Position numbers and translations under genes: made by a program
Assembly: GCA_965219955.1 (NCBI GenBank)
Contig: OZ244799.1
Location: 1,696,001 to 1,760,000, forward strand
DNA: 64,000 nt
DNA from: a bacterium
GTDB taxonomy: Bacteria > UBA8248
Direction: 5' to 3'
Notes under the pieces: model-generated
Database searches by the model: none
The model's input: the letters and a program-made list of their open reading frames with translations, nothing else
Told to the model about the DNA's origin: nothing
Shown: one piece after another, positions 1 through 14,711 of the stretch
Layout of the letters: each line of letters starts with the position of its first letter
Position numbering within the stretch: position 1 is the stretch's first letter

Positions 1-320
1 CTGAGGGCGTCGATGGGGTCATTCACGTCGAACTCTTCGCTATCGCCCTCCTGCGTGATGCGAACCCGCTTCCCTTTGCTCTCGAAGATGAGGTAGGGCT
101 CGCTTCCCAAAAAGGTGTACCTCGCCCACTTCTCCCCGCCCTCGACGCTTTCGAGCAGAAACGAATAGGAGCCGTCCGCGATTTTCAGGTAGGCGGACAC
201 CGGCGTATCGAGATCGGCGAGAATCTCGCGGTAGACCGGAATGATGTTTCCCCGCTCGCAGAGGCGGAGAAAAGTCTCCTTGTCCGGCAGATGATGTTCC
301 GGGTTCGTTTTCATTTTCAT
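1..320 (-). CDS. trpE: Anthranilate synthase component I, N-terminal part (runs off the window start)
   Basis: Manual translation from the ATG at 320: [72 protein letters not shown], which has the TrpE-type DTPVSAY and [12 protein letters not shown] motifs. Not present in the ORF track. Confidence 0.9.
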   Translation of the reverse strand, partial: MKMKTNPEHHLPDKETFLRLCERGNIIPVYREILADLDTPVSAYLKIADGSYSFLLESVEGGEKWARYTFLGSEPYLIFESKGKRVRITQEGDSEEFDVNDPIDAL

Positions 321-360
321 ACGAGGCATCGTCTTGCGAGCGATGCCTATCCTCCATCAT

Positions 361-397
361 AAAAAAAGCCACGGGACCGAACGGGCCGCCATGGCTT
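361..397 (-). terminator. Intrinsic terminator of the putative trp attenuator
   Basis: Minus strand AAGCCATGG-(CGGCCCGTTCGGTC)-CCGTGGCTT followed by a T run, about 40 nt upstream of trpE. Confidence 0.7.
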
Positions 398-431
398 GGG
401 GATTCACTTTCAAAAATTCAGACAACAACCC

Positions 432-503
432 TTACGGCGCACCTCCAGATTTGGCGGAGCATCGCCAGGGCCAAGCCTCCATATATGTTTCCCGCGTTCC
501 CAT
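432..503 (-). CDS. trpL: Putative trp operon leader peptide (MGTRETYMEAWPWRCSAKSGGAP)
   Basis: 23-aa ORF with W-P-W, preceded by GAGG and followed by a terminator hairpin upstream of trpE. Confidence 0.6.
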   Translation of the reverse strand: MGTRETYMEAWPWRCSAKSGGAP

Positions 504-570
504 CCGTTGCCATCCTCATACTTGAGATTACCGCTGCTCCGAGGAAGATACCCAAATTTGGGAGAAATGG

Positions 571-1371
571 TCAAGCGTCGGTTTCTTCGGGCCCCGGCGC
601 GGCCGCAGGCGGCAGCTTTTCGCCATAGTCCACGCTGAGCAGCGCCAGCCCCTGAGGCGGGGCGTTGACGCCCGCAAGGGTCCTGTTTTTTCCCGCGAGC
701 ACCTCCCGCACGGAATCGGCCTCGCGCTCCCCGCGGCCCACCTCCACCAGGACGCCGGCCAGGTTCCTCACCATGTGGCGCAAGAATCCTTCCGCCGTCG
801 CCTCGATGACCACTTCATCGCCCGCCCGCTCCACGCCCAGGCGCTCCAGGCGGCGCACGGTGTCCTCGGGCCTCCCCTTCTCCCGGCAGAAGCTGGCGAA
901 ATCATGCTCTCCCTCCAGTATCGCGGCCGCCCGGCGCATCGCCTCGACGTCGAGGCGCTTTCTTACGTGCCAGGTGTATGGATGGCGGATGGCGCTCGGC
1001 GAGCTGCGGTTCAGGATGCGGTAGCGGTAGGTCTTGCGAACGGCGTCGAACTGGGCGTGAAAACCGCCCACGGCTTCCCGGCAGTCGAAAATCGAGACGT
1101 CACGGCCCATCATGGTGTTGAGACCGATTCGCACCTTGTAGGGCTCGATTCGAGAGCGCGTGTGAAAGTGCGCCACCTGCCCCCAGGCGTGGACGCCGGC
1201 GTCGGTGCGGCCCGAGCCGATGATCCGTATCGGCTCCCCGCACATCCTCAAAAGCGCGGCCTCGATTTCGCTCTGGACGGTTCTCTGGCCGGGCTGGGTC
1301 TGCCAGCCGTGAAAATTCGTGCCCTCGTATTCAATCCACAGGACGAGGCAGCGGGTGTTTTCGGTGCTCAT
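571..1371 (-). CDS. truA: tRNA pseudouridine(38-40) synthase
   Basis: YEGTNFHGWQ, GSGRTDAGVHA, FLRHMVR and APPQGL motifs. Confidence 0.95.
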   Translation of the reverse strand: MSTENTRCLVLWIEYEGTNFHGWQTQPGQRTVQSEIEAALLRMCGEPIRIIGSGRTDAGVHAWGQVAHFHTRSRIEPYKVRIGLNTMMGRDVSIFDCREAVGGFHAQFDAVRKTYRYRILNRSSPSAIRHPYTWHVRKRLDVEAMRRAAAILEGEHDFASFCREKGRPEDTVRRLERLGVERAGDEVVIEATAEGFLRHMVRNLAGVLVEVGRGEREADSVREVLAGKNRTLAGVNAPPQGLALLSVDYGEKLPPAAAPGPEETDA

Positions 1372-1374
1372 CGG

Positions 1375-4239
<2,865 letters not shown>

Positions 4240-4297
4240 GTGCTCTCCCGGCGCGCGCCGCCGCGCGGGGCCTGCCAAAGGCGAGGCGATGAGCGGG

Positions 4298-5071
4298 CTA
4301 GTAAAAGATGAGCCCGCCCGTCACGTTGATGTCCTGGGCGGTCATGTGAGCGGCCTCCTCGGAAGCCAGGAAAACGCACAAGGCGGCGTGATCCTCCGAG
4401 TCGACGAGCGTCTTGAGCGCCGCCGGCGCGGTGAAGGTCGCCTTCGCCTCCTCGAAGGTCGTGCCGAAGCTCTGCGCCATGTTCTCGATGACGCTGTCGA
4501 TCCTGGGGCCGGAAGTGGCTCCCGGGCACACCGCGTTCACCGTGACGCCGTATTCGCCGAGCTCGAACGCGAGGGTGCGCGTCAGGCCGATGACCGCCAT
4601 CTTGGACGCCGTATAGGGCGTGCGGTTCGGCAGCGGGCGCTTGCCGCTCATCGAACTGATATTGAGGATGCGCCCGTATCTGTTTTTCTTCAACGTGGGG
4701 ATGACGTGCTTCGTCATCAGGAACGTGCCCGTGACGTTCACGTCGAAGCACTGCTCCCAATCCTCGCGCGTCACGTCCTCGCACGCCTTCGTGGGGCCGG
4801 CGACGCCGGAGTTGTTCACGAGGATGTCGATGGTCCCGAACTCGGCGAGCGTCTTCTCGACGAGCGCCTTTATCGCCGTTTCGTCCGTCAAGTCCGTAGG
4901 GACGACGAGGGAGGCGCCGTCCGGCATCTCGGCGGCGGCGGCCTCCAGATTCGCGACCGAGCGCGCTGCGAGCACGACCTTCGCCCCCTCGCGCGCGAAC
5001 GTGAGCGCGATGACTTTTCCGATTCCCTGCCCCGCCCCGGTGACGATGGCGACTTTATCCTTCAAACGCAT
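4298..5071 (-). CDS. SDR family NAD(P)-dependent oxidoreductase
   Basis: [13 protein letters not shown] and YxxSK motifs; start at [12 protein letters not shown]. Confidence 0.9.
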   Translation of the reverse strand: MRLKDKVAIVTGAGQGIGKVIALTFAREGAKVVLAARSVANLEAAAAEMPDGASLVVPTDLTDETAIKALVEKTLAEFGTIDILVNNSGVAGPTKACEDVTREDWEQCFDVNVTGTFLMTKHVIPTLKKNRYGRILNISSMSGKRPLPNRTPYTASKMAVIGLTRTLAFELGEYGVTVNAVCPGATSGPRIDSVIENMAQSFGTTFEEAKATFTAPAALKTLVDSEDHAALCVFLASEEAAHMTAQDINVTGGLIFY

Positions 5072-5108
5072 TTTATGACATCTCCCGATGTTTCGAGTAT
5101 ATGTATTT

Positions 5109-5531
5109 CTATTCCGATGCGGGCAGTTCCACACCCGGGAACCAGTAGCCCAGTTCAAAGGCGGCGGTATCGGGCGCGTCGGAGCCGTGCGTGGAGTTGC
5201 GCTCGATGCTCTCGCCGAACTCCGCGCGAATCGTTCCCGGCTCGGCCTCCGCGGGGTTCGTGGCGCCCATCACGTCGCGCCAGTGCTTGATGGCGTCCTC
5301 GCGCTCGAGGGCCAGTACCACCGTGCGCCCCGAGGACATAAACGTCGTGAGGTCGCCGAAGAAGGGGCGTTCCCTGTGAACGGCGTAAAAACCCTCCGCC
5401 TGCGCTTTCGACATGTGGACGAGCCTCATGCCCAGAATCCCGAAACCCTCCTCCTCGATGCGCGAGAGAATCCTGCCGCTTAATCCGCGCGCGGTGGCGT
5501 CGGGTTTGATCATCGCGAACGTGCGTTCCAT
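5109..5531 (-). CDS. ndk: Nucleoside-diphosphate kinase
   Basis: [11 protein letters not shown] and RNSTHGSD motifs. Confidence 0.96.
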   Translation of the reverse strand: MERTFAMIKPDATARGLSGRILSRIEEEGFGILGMRLVHMSKAQAEGFYAVHRERPFFGDLTTFMSSGRTVVLALEREDAIKHWRDVMGATNPAEAEPGTIRAEFGESIERNSTHGSDAPDTAAFELGYWFPGVELPASE

Positions 5532-5558
5532 GTGTCCTTTCCCTTTCCGTGAATGACG

Positions 5559-6455
5559 TTATGCCTTGCCCAGCGCTTTGGCCATAGTGAGGCCCATCTC
5601 GGCCGGGCTTTCGGTGACGTGAATCCCGCATTCGGACATGACCCGCATCTTCTCTGCCGCGGTGCCTTCCCCGCCCGAGATGATCGCGCCCGCGTGGCCC
5701 ATCCGCCGGCCCGGAGGCGCCGTCTGGCCCGCGATGAAACCCACGAGCGGCTTCGTGACGTTCTCCTTCGCCCAGCGCGCCGCGTCCTGCTCGGCGGTTC
5801 CGCCGATCTCGCCGATCATGATGATGGCCTCGGTCGCAGGATCCTCCTCGAACATGCGCAAGAGGTCGATATACATCGTGCCGATGATGGGGTCTCCGCC
5901 GATGCCCACGCAAGTGGTCTGGCCCAGGCCCTGCTCGGTGAGTTGGGCGACGACCTCGTAGGTGAGCGTGCCGCTCTTCGAGATGACGCCGATGGTGCCT
6001 TCCTTGTGGATGTGGCCCGGCATGATGCCCATCTTGCAGCCGCCCGGCGTGATGACGCCCGGACAGTTGGGGCCGATGAGCACCGCGCCGCTATCCTCGA
6101 TGTGCCGCTTCACGTACACCATGTCGCGCACCGGGATGCCCTCGGTGATGCACACCACGAGAGGGAGCCCGGCGTCCACGGATTCGACGACGGCGTCCGC
6201 CGCAAAGGGGGGCGGCACGAAGATGAGCGAGGCGTTCGCGCCCGTCTCGCGGGCCGCTTCGGCCACCGTGTTGAACACGGGCACCCCGTCCGCCTCCTGA
6301 CCGCCCTTGCCGGGCGTCACGCCGGCCACCACCGCGCCGCCGCCGCCCGCGAACTCGCGGCTGTATTTTTGACACTGCCCGGCGTGAAAGCCTCCCTCGC
6401 GCCCGGTGATGCCCTGCACGAGGATGCGCGTCTCCTTGTCAACCAGAATACTCAA
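5559..6455 (-). CDS. sucD: Succinyl-CoA synthetase alpha subunit
   Basis: VQGITG, GPNCPG and the RMGHAGA phosphohistidine motif. Confidence 0.96.
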   Translation of the reverse strand: MSILVDKETRILVQGITGREGGFHAGQCQKYSREFAGGGGAVVAGVTPGKGGQEADGVPVFNTVAEAARETGANASLIFVPPPFAADAVVESVDAGLPLVVCITEGIPVRDMVYVKRHIEDSGAVLIGPNCPGVITPGGCKMGIMPGHIHKEGTIGVISKSGTLTYEVVAQLTEQGLGQTTCVGIGGDPIIGTMYIDLLRMFEEDPATEAIIMIGEIGGTAEQDAARWAKENVTKPLVGFIAGQTAPPGRRMGHAGAIISGGEGTAAEKMRVMSECGIHVTESPAEMGLTMAKALGKA

Positions 6456-6466
6456 AACCAGACCCC

Positions 6467-7627
6467 CTAGCGGTTAAGGGCCGCTACCACCTTTTCGGCG
6501 GAATCGGCCATGCCATTGCCCACGGTGAAATCGAGACCCGAGCCCTCGAGAATCTCGCGGCCCTTCTCCACGTTCGTCCCCTCCATGCGGATGATGATGG
6601 GCACGTTCACGTTCACGGTCTTGACCGCCTCCACGACGCCCTCCGCCAGAATGTCACAGCGCAGGATGCCGCCGAAGATGTTGATGAAGACGGCCTGCAC
6701 GTCCGGATCGTCCATGAGGATGCGGAAGGCGTTCTCCACCATCTCCTTGCTCGCGCCGCCGCCCACGTCGAGGAAGTTCGCGGGCGCAGCGCCCGCGAGC
6801 TTGATGATGTCCATCGTCGCCATGGCGAGACCCGCGCCGTTCACCATGCAGGCCACCGAGCCGTCGAGCTTGATATAGTTGAGGTTGAATTTGGAGGCCT
6901 CGACCTCGAGCGGGTCCTCTTCGTCCTCATCGCGCATCGCGGCCACCTCCTCGTGGCGGTAGAGCGCGTTGTCGTCGAAGTTCACCTTGGCGTCGAGCGC
7001 GAGGATGCGGCCGTCTTTCGTCTGCACCAGGGGGTTGATCTCGACCAGCGAGGCGTCCATCTCGTCGTAGAACCGGTAGAGGTTCGTGACGAACTTCGTC
7101 CCCTCGCGGACGAGGTCGGCGGGCAAACCCAGCCCGTAGGCCACGCGGCGCGCGGTCGAGGGCCAGACGGAGAGCGCCGGGTCGACGGGCACCTTGAGGA
7201 GTTTTTCGGGCGTTTTCGCGGCCACCTCCTCGATGTCCATCCCGCCCTCGGTGCTCGCCATGACGGTGGGGCGGCCCGTGGCGCGGTCGAGCACGATACC
7301 GAGATACAACTCGCGCTCGATGTCGCTCGCCTCCTCCACCCAGACCTTCTTGACGAGGCGGCCTTCCGGCCCCGTCTGGTGCGTCACCAGCGTCATCCCC
7401 AGAATCTGCGAGGCCGCCCCTTTCGCCTCAGCAGGTGATCCGGCCAGCTTGACGCCGCCGCCCTTGCCTCGTCCCCCTGCGTGGATTTGCGCCTTGACGA
7501 CCACCGTCCCGCCCAGATCCTCGGCGATGCGCTCGGCCTCTTCCGCCGTCTCGGCGACTCCGCCCCTCGGGACGGCCACGCCGTACTTCGCGAGCAACTC
7601 CTTGCCCTGATACTCGTGGATGTTCAT
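6467..7627 (-). CDS. sucC: Succinyl-CoA synthetase beta subunit
   Basis: [24 protein letters not shown] and [11 protein letters not shown] motifs. Confidence 0.96.
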   Translation of the reverse strand: MNIHEYQGKELLAKYGVAVPRGGVAETAEEAERIAEDLGGTVVVKAQIHAGGRGKGGGVKLAGSPAEAKGAASQILGMTLVTHQTGPEGRLVKKVWVEEASDIERELYLGIVLDRATGRPTVMASTEGGMDIEEVAAKTPEKLLKVPVDPALSVWPSTARRVAYGLGLPADLVREGTKFVTNLYRFYDEMDASLVEINPLVQTKDGRILALDAKVNFDDNALYRHEEVAAMRDEDEEDPLEVEASKFNLNYIKLDGSVACMVNGAGLAMATMDIIKLAGAAPANFLDVGGGASKEMVENAFRILMDDPDVQAVFINIFGGILRCDILAEGVVEAVKTVNVNVPIIIRMEGTNVEKGREILEGSGLDFTVGNGMADSAEKVVAALNR

Positions 7628-7702
7628 CCAACTCCTCCAGAATCAATGCGGTAAATACATTTCAACGCTGAACTTTCAAGCACAAAAGAAATCGTATATT
7701 TC

Positions 7703-7817
7703 TGTAGGGACAACCCTCCGTGGTTGTCCTTTGTCAGGTTGTCGGACAGGCACGGAGGCCTGTCCCTACAGTCGCCATTCAAAAGGTCTTGTAGGTCGGA
7801 CATGTATGTCCGACATA
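7703..7817. repeat. GTAG-type REP doublet plus a single REP
   Basis: TGTAGGGACAACCCTCCGTGGTTGTCC...GGACAGGCACGGAGGCCTGTCCCTACA, then GTAGGTCGGACATGTATGTCCGAC. The doublet recurs at about 33920, 46270, 55450 and 55724. Confidence 0.8.
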
Positions 7818-7887
7818 TATGCGACCCCTACACGACCAATCATACCCTCTCGCGCCAAGCTCTCGTCTTGCCCGGCCGCCATATTGA

Positions 7888-8029
7888 CCTCACCCTGAGT
7901 AGCCGCCGAAGGCGGCGTATCGAAGGGCGCCCCCCTTCGAAAAGCTCGGGGCAGGCTCCCTCGACAAGCTCAATATGCGCCCCGGTCCTCCCTCGATACG
8001 GCGCGCAAGCGCGCCTACTCGGGATGAGG
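7888..8029. repeat. Palindromic intergenic element
   Basis: Ends CCTCACCCTGAGTAG and CTACTCGGGATGAGG are complementary, with internal hairpins (GCCGCCGAAGGCGGC, GGCGCGCAAGCGCGCC). Confidence 0.65.
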
Positions 8030-8106
8030 GCAAGGAGCGTCGTCGCGCACCATCATTCCCTGAAAACCGCGCCATGAACACCAGGACCGAAACGCACGAG
8101 CGCCCC

Positions 8107-8652
8107 TTACTTTGCGAACGCCTTGTAACCTTCGGCGAAAATATCCTTCCCGCGGCTGTCCACCGCGACCACGACCGGGAATTTCTCGACCACGAGTCTT
8201 CGAATCGCCTCGGTCCCCAAATCCTCATAAGCGATGAGTTCGACCTCCTTGATCCGCTTCGCCAGCAGGGCGGCCGTTCCGCCGATGGCGGCGAAGTAGA
8301 CCGCCCGGTGTCTGGCGATAGCCTCCACGACCGCCGGGCTCCTGCCCCCCTTGCCTATCATCCCGGTGAGGCCGAGTTCCAGCATCCTGGGCGTATAGGC
8401 GTCCATGCGGCCGCTCGTCGTGGGCCCCGCCGAGCCGATGACGGCGCCCGGCTTGGGCGGCGTCGGCCCCACGTAGTAGAGCACCTGGCCCGCCACGTCG
8501 ATGGGCAGCGGCTCTCCGCGCGCCGCGTCCTCCAGCATCCGCTTGTGGGCCGCGTCGCGCGCCGTGTAGAGAACGCCGCTCAACTCGCACATATCCCCCA
8601 TCGAGAGGGATTCCACAACCCCAGGGCTCAGCGGTAGGTCTATCGACTGCAT
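8107..8652 (-). CDS. Fe-S hydro-lyase (class I fumarate hydratase/tartrate dehydratase) beta subunit
   Basis: TARDAAHKR, GPTTSGRMD and DLGTEA motifs; TCA cluster context. Confidence 0.9.
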   Translation of the reverse strand: MQSIDLPLSPGVVESLSMGDMCELSGVLYTARDAAHKRMLEDAARGEPLPIDVAGQVLYYVGPTPPKPGAVIGSAGPTTSGRMDAYTPRMLELGLTGMIGKGGRSPAVVEAIARHRAVYFAAIGGTAALLAKRIKEVELIAYEDLGTEAIRRLVVEKFPVVVAVDSRGKDIFAEGYKAFAK

Positions 8653-8653
8653 C

Positions 8654-9496
8654 CTAAAGGACCACCTCGGCGTGGCGGTGCGCGTGGCACTCCACGTTCA
8701 CGCAGATCGGAAGCGCTCCGATGTGGCAGGCGTAGGTTTCGACGTGCACGGCGATGCAGGTGGTGTCCCCGCCCATGCCCATCGGCCCCACGCCGGTCTT
8801 GTTCACCGCTTCCAGTATATCCCCTTCGAGTTCGGCCACGAGCGGGTCGGGGTTGGGCGCGCCCAGTTCGCGGAAAAGCGCCCATTTCGCCTGGAGCGCC
8901 GCCTTTTCGATCGAACCGCCCAGGCCGACCCCCAACAGAACCGGCGGGCATGGATTCCCCCCGGAATTGAAAACGTGATCGACGATGGTGCGGATGACGC
9001 CCTCTCTGCCGTCCGAGGGTTTGAGCATGCGCGCCATGCTCATGTTCTCCGCCCCGGTTCCCTTCGCGGCGAAATAGAGTTTCAGGCGGTCGCCCTCGAC
9101 GACGCGGTAGTGGATGACGGCGGGCGTGTTGTCCTTTGTGTTCACGCGCCGGAGCGGGTCGTTGACCACAGAACCGCGCAGATAGCCGTCGCGATAGCCC
9201 CGGCGAATCCCTTCGTTGATGGCGTCCTCCAGCAACCCGCCCTCGATGCGGACGTCCTGACCTATTTCTGCGAACACGATGGAAACGCCCGTGTCCTGGC
9301 AATAGGGGACGCGCTCTGCGGATGCGAGGGCCGCATTCTCGGTGATCTGGTCGAGCACCATGAGACCGAGAGACGAGGTTTCACCGGCCTTCGCCTCTTC
9401 GACCTTGCGCACGTAGGCGGGGTCGACGTGGTAGTTCGACTCGATGGACATCTCGCGAATCCTGGACGTCACCTCGCTTGCGTCTATCGTTCGCAT
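8654..9496 (-). CDS. Fe-S hydro-lyase (class I fumarate hydratase) alpha subunit
   Basis: CQDTG, GNPCPP and CHAHRH motifs. Confidence 0.9.
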   Translation of the reverse strand: MRTIDASEVTSRIREMSIESNYHVDPAYVRKVEEAKAGETSSLGLMVLDQITENAALASAERVPYCQDTGVSIVFAEIGQDVRIEGGLLEDAINEGIRRGYRDGYLRGSVVNDPLRRVNTKDNTPAVIHYRVVEGDRLKLYFAAKGTGAENMSMARMLKPSDGREGVIRTIVDHVFNSGGNPCPPVLLGVGLGGSIEKAALQAKWALFRELGAPNPDPLVAELEGDILEAVNKTGVGPMGMGGDTTCIAVHVETYACHIGALPICVNVECHAHRHAEVVL

Positions 9497-9536
9497 GGCC
9501 CGCCTGTCCGTTGCCGGTCGTCTATGAACGACGCGT

Positions 9537-11740
<2,204 letters not shown>

Positions 11741-12191
11741 TCACTGCTCCCTTTAAGTTTCGTCATGCGAGAAAAAACGTCGCCTGAAATACGAGTAAAA
11801 CGGAATGCCGGTTCTCTTGTTATATAAAATCCGCCGAACGCCCCCGAAAGAATTTCCGGGACAATATGTTCATCACACCCTCAAACGAACTTTACCGACC
11901 TCTCCTTATCACGTCCCCCGCTCTGACGCCAGCCGGGGGGAGAAGAATTTTTCATCTCCCGGAGGCCCCGGAATCCGGCTGGAATATCGAGAGCGATTTT
12001 GATAGGGTGCGGGTGATTTTCAGGCGCTGAAAAGCCGGTCGGAAAAGGTGAAAAATTCGATAAAATCAGATAAATTCACGGTGTTTTTCGATAAATTTCG
12101 GAAGGATGACTGAGGCGCGCTGCACCAGGAACACTCTCATAAAACTCGTTCAGAGTCAAGCAGTTATCCTCCCCCCGAGGCGCGGTATCCC

Positions 12192-13025
12192 ATGGCGCAT
12201 CGCAGAAGACCAAAACTCGGCCAACACTTCCTGCACGAGAAGAGGTATCTCTCTCAAATCGTTGATTTGGCGGATATTACGCCGGATGAAGACGTGCTCG
12301 AAATCGGCGCCGGCGAAGGGGCCCTCACGCGGTGCCTCCTCGCCGCCGGCGCCATCGTCCACGGCATCGAGATAGACGACGCACTCATCCCCGCGCTCAA
12401 AAAGATGGAGGATGAACACGCTCGATTTCACCTGATCCACGGCGACGCGTTAGAAATCGACTACACCGCTCTCCCCGAGAAGATGAAATTGGTGGCGAAT
12501 CTGCCCTATCAGGTCGCTTCGGCGATAATCTCGCAACTCACTGAAAAGATTGAGCGATTCCCTCTCATGGTATTGATGGTGCAGCGTGAAGTGGGCGAGA
12601 GGCTTTGTGCTGAACCGGGTGGCAAGGATTATGGCTCACTCACTCTTTGGGTAGGGTATCGATATCAGACGAAACTCTGCCAGGTGGTGCCTCCAGGCGC
12701 TTTTCGGCCACCACCGAAGGTCGACTCCGCGATTATGTGTCTAGAGGCGAGGAAGAAGCCTCAAGTGGAGGTGGGGGATGAGAATCTCTATTTCCGCATC
12801 ATCCAGGCGGGTTTCGCGCACCGCAGAAAGACTCTGTTTAATAATCTCAAATCATTGAATCTAAATGAATTAAAAAACATGCAAGAACCCTTCTCAAACC
12901 CGGAGACTTGGCGGAACCTTCTCGAAAGAACAGGCATCGACCCCAGTCGGCGAGCCGAGACCCTGGACGCTCAAGAATTCGCGACAATTGCCCGAGCCGT
13001 GGAATCACTTACAAGGAACAAGTAG
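12192..13025 (+). CDS. rsmA: 16S rRNA m6,2A dimethyltransferase
   Basis: LGQHFL, LEIGAGEG, ANLPY and FRPPPKVDS motifs. Confidence 0.95.
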   Translation: MAHRRRPKLGQHFLHEKRYLSQIVDLADITPDEDVLEIGAGEGALTRCLLAAGAIVHGIEIDDALIPALKKMEDEHARFHLIHGDALEIDYTALPEKMKLVANLPYQVASAIISQLTEKIERFPLMVLMVQREVGERLCAEPGGKDYGSLTLWVGYRYQTKLCQVVPPGAFRPPPKVDSAIMCLEARKKPQVEVGDENLYFRIIQAGFAHRRKTLFNNLKSLNLNELKNMQEPFSNPETWRNLLERTGIDPSRRAETLDAQEFATIARAVESLTRNK

Positions 13026-13028
13026 GCT

Positions 13029-13919
13029 TTGGCTATCAGAATTTTGATTTACCGAATGGGAGCATTCGGGGACACACTACTATTGGCTTTATTATTCAAA
13101 CAGTTAGGTAATCACTACGGAGATGCTCATATCACTCTGGCTGCAAACCCCAATTATGCAGCCCCGCTACTTGACTCGGGGTTGATTCACGAAATTCTTG
13201 ATGGGGGCTCATCCCCCTTCCACCTCCTGTATAATGCTCGACCACAAGAAAACGACGCTCTGTGTCGACTTATCAAACGCTATGATATGTGTATGTTCTA
13301 CACTTCGGACATGTCGGGAGAACTCGCCAAACGCTTGAGTTCAAACGGGTTGGAGCACTGCCGGGTACATCCACCATTTCCTCCCCCCTCGGAAGAAATT
13401 CATATCTGTGAGTGGATGATGCGTCCATGGCCATTTTGGGACGCTTCCAAAGGCGAGAAAATCACACTCATTCCTTCACAGAATCATTTAATTTTAGCTG
13501 ATAAAGTATTGAATGAATTTGGAATAGATGATGATTTCTTTCTCATCCATCCAGGCGGCGGGGGAAAGAACAAATGGATTCCCCTTCCGATTCTCGACAC
13601 AATGGTGCGAAAGCAAGCTGATGAAACAGGTCAGCTACCTGTCGTTATAGAAGGGCCAGCGGATTCAGTTGTTTGCGAGGAATTTCAAAGGCTGTTTGAT
13701 GATTCCATTCCGGTACTCAAGGATACTACACCCAAAGTTCTAAGCGCTCTTCTTTCAAAGTCTTCCGGATATTTTGGAGGGGATTCCGGCGTTTCCCACC
13801 TCGCATCTCTTTATGCGCCGCGTGCCACGATATTATATGGCCCAGATTCCAACATGCGGATTTGGCGTCCAATAGGCTCTGGCACACTCTGTATTCCATG
13901 GGAAACAATGAAGAGTTGA
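13029..13919 (+). CDS. Glycosyltransferase family 9 (ADP-heptose transferase-like)
   Basis: GAFGD, HPGGG..KW and GGDSGVSHLA motifs. Confidence 0.75.
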   Translation: MAIRILIYRMGAFGDTLLLALLFKQLGNHYGDAHITLAANPNYAAPLLDSGLIHEILDGGSSPFHLLYNARPQENDALCRLIKRYDMCMFYTSDMSGELAKRLSSNGLEHCRVHPPFPPPSEEIHICEWMMRPWPFWDASKGEKITLIPSQNHLILADKVLNEFGIDDDFFLIHPGGGGKNKWIPLPILDTMVRKQADETGQLPVVIEGPADSVVCEEFQRLFDDSIPVLKDTTPKVLSALLSKSSGYFGGDSGVSHLASLYAPRATILYGPDSNMRIWRPIGSGTLCIPWETMKS

Positions 13920-13980
13920 TCTTGCTTTTTTCTTGCAATTATTTTGGGCAGGAGAAGCGCAACTTCAACAATAACAAAAA

Positions 13981-14709
13981 TCAATCAATAAGGTTCGCCA
14001 GCCTGCCCCAGCGCGGTGAACCCGAATCCCCGTTCCATGACCAGTAAATCATGAAAGCGGAACCACGGATCTTATCGTCCCAACACGGCGCTGACCATAA
14101 CGAACAAGGAAAAGGCAACCCAAATGCATAGCCCGCAAAACGGATAGGTATATGATTCTCGCGCTCACCCATTTTCAAAAAACCCCAAAAACGGCTGTCT
14201 TGACTATTGTTTCGATTATCCCCCAGCATGAATAAGTGCCCAGGCGGAACTTTTTGCGGCCCCCATTTGCTCTCAAAACCTACAGCGGTACCATTGGGCT
14301 TAAAACGCACATATTTTTCATCCAGCGGCACACATTGTTCCGGTGTGTTCGGGGTGGCACAGTTGATAAACACTTTTTCCCCACGAACCATCACCTCCTC
14401 ACCCGATAACGCAATGACGCGCTTGATAAAATCCCGTCGTTCATCCTTAGGAAACCTGAACACGATAATGTCTCCGCGTTTAGGTTCGCGGAACCAAAAA
14501 ATAAATTTATTGACAAGTATATGGTCTCCGACGAGAAGAGTATTTTCCATCGAACCCGAGGGAATCTTGAATGCTTGCACTACAAAGGTGCGCACAAACA
14601 TAGCCAGTAACAAAGCTATGACTATTGCTTCAGCATATTCGCGAAAAGTTGATTTGGATTTACGTTTACGTTTCGCGCTTTTGCCTGTTGCTAAATCGGC
14701 ATCCGACAC
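13981..14709 (-). CDS. lepB: Signal peptidase I
   Basis: IPSGSMENTL, FIKRVI and GDNRNNSQDSR motifs; downstream of lepA. Confidence 0.95.
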   Translation of the reverse strand: MSDADLATGKSAKRKRKSKSTFREYAEAIVIALLLAMFVRTFVVQAFKIPSGSMENTLLVGDHILVNKFIFWFREPKRGDIIVFRFPKDERRDFIKRVIALSGEEVMVRGEKVFINCATPNTPEQCVPLDEKYVRFKPNGTAVGFESKWGPQKVPPGHLFMLGDNRNNSQDSRFWGFLKMGERENHIPIRFAGYAFGLPFPCSLWSAPCWDDKIRGSAFMIYWSWNGDSGSPRWGRLANLID

Positions 14710-14711
14710 GT

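Noticed and set aside
40-372. 110-aa minus-strand ORF from the track
   Set aside because: Wrong frame; the real gene here is the trpE N-terminus starting at 320.
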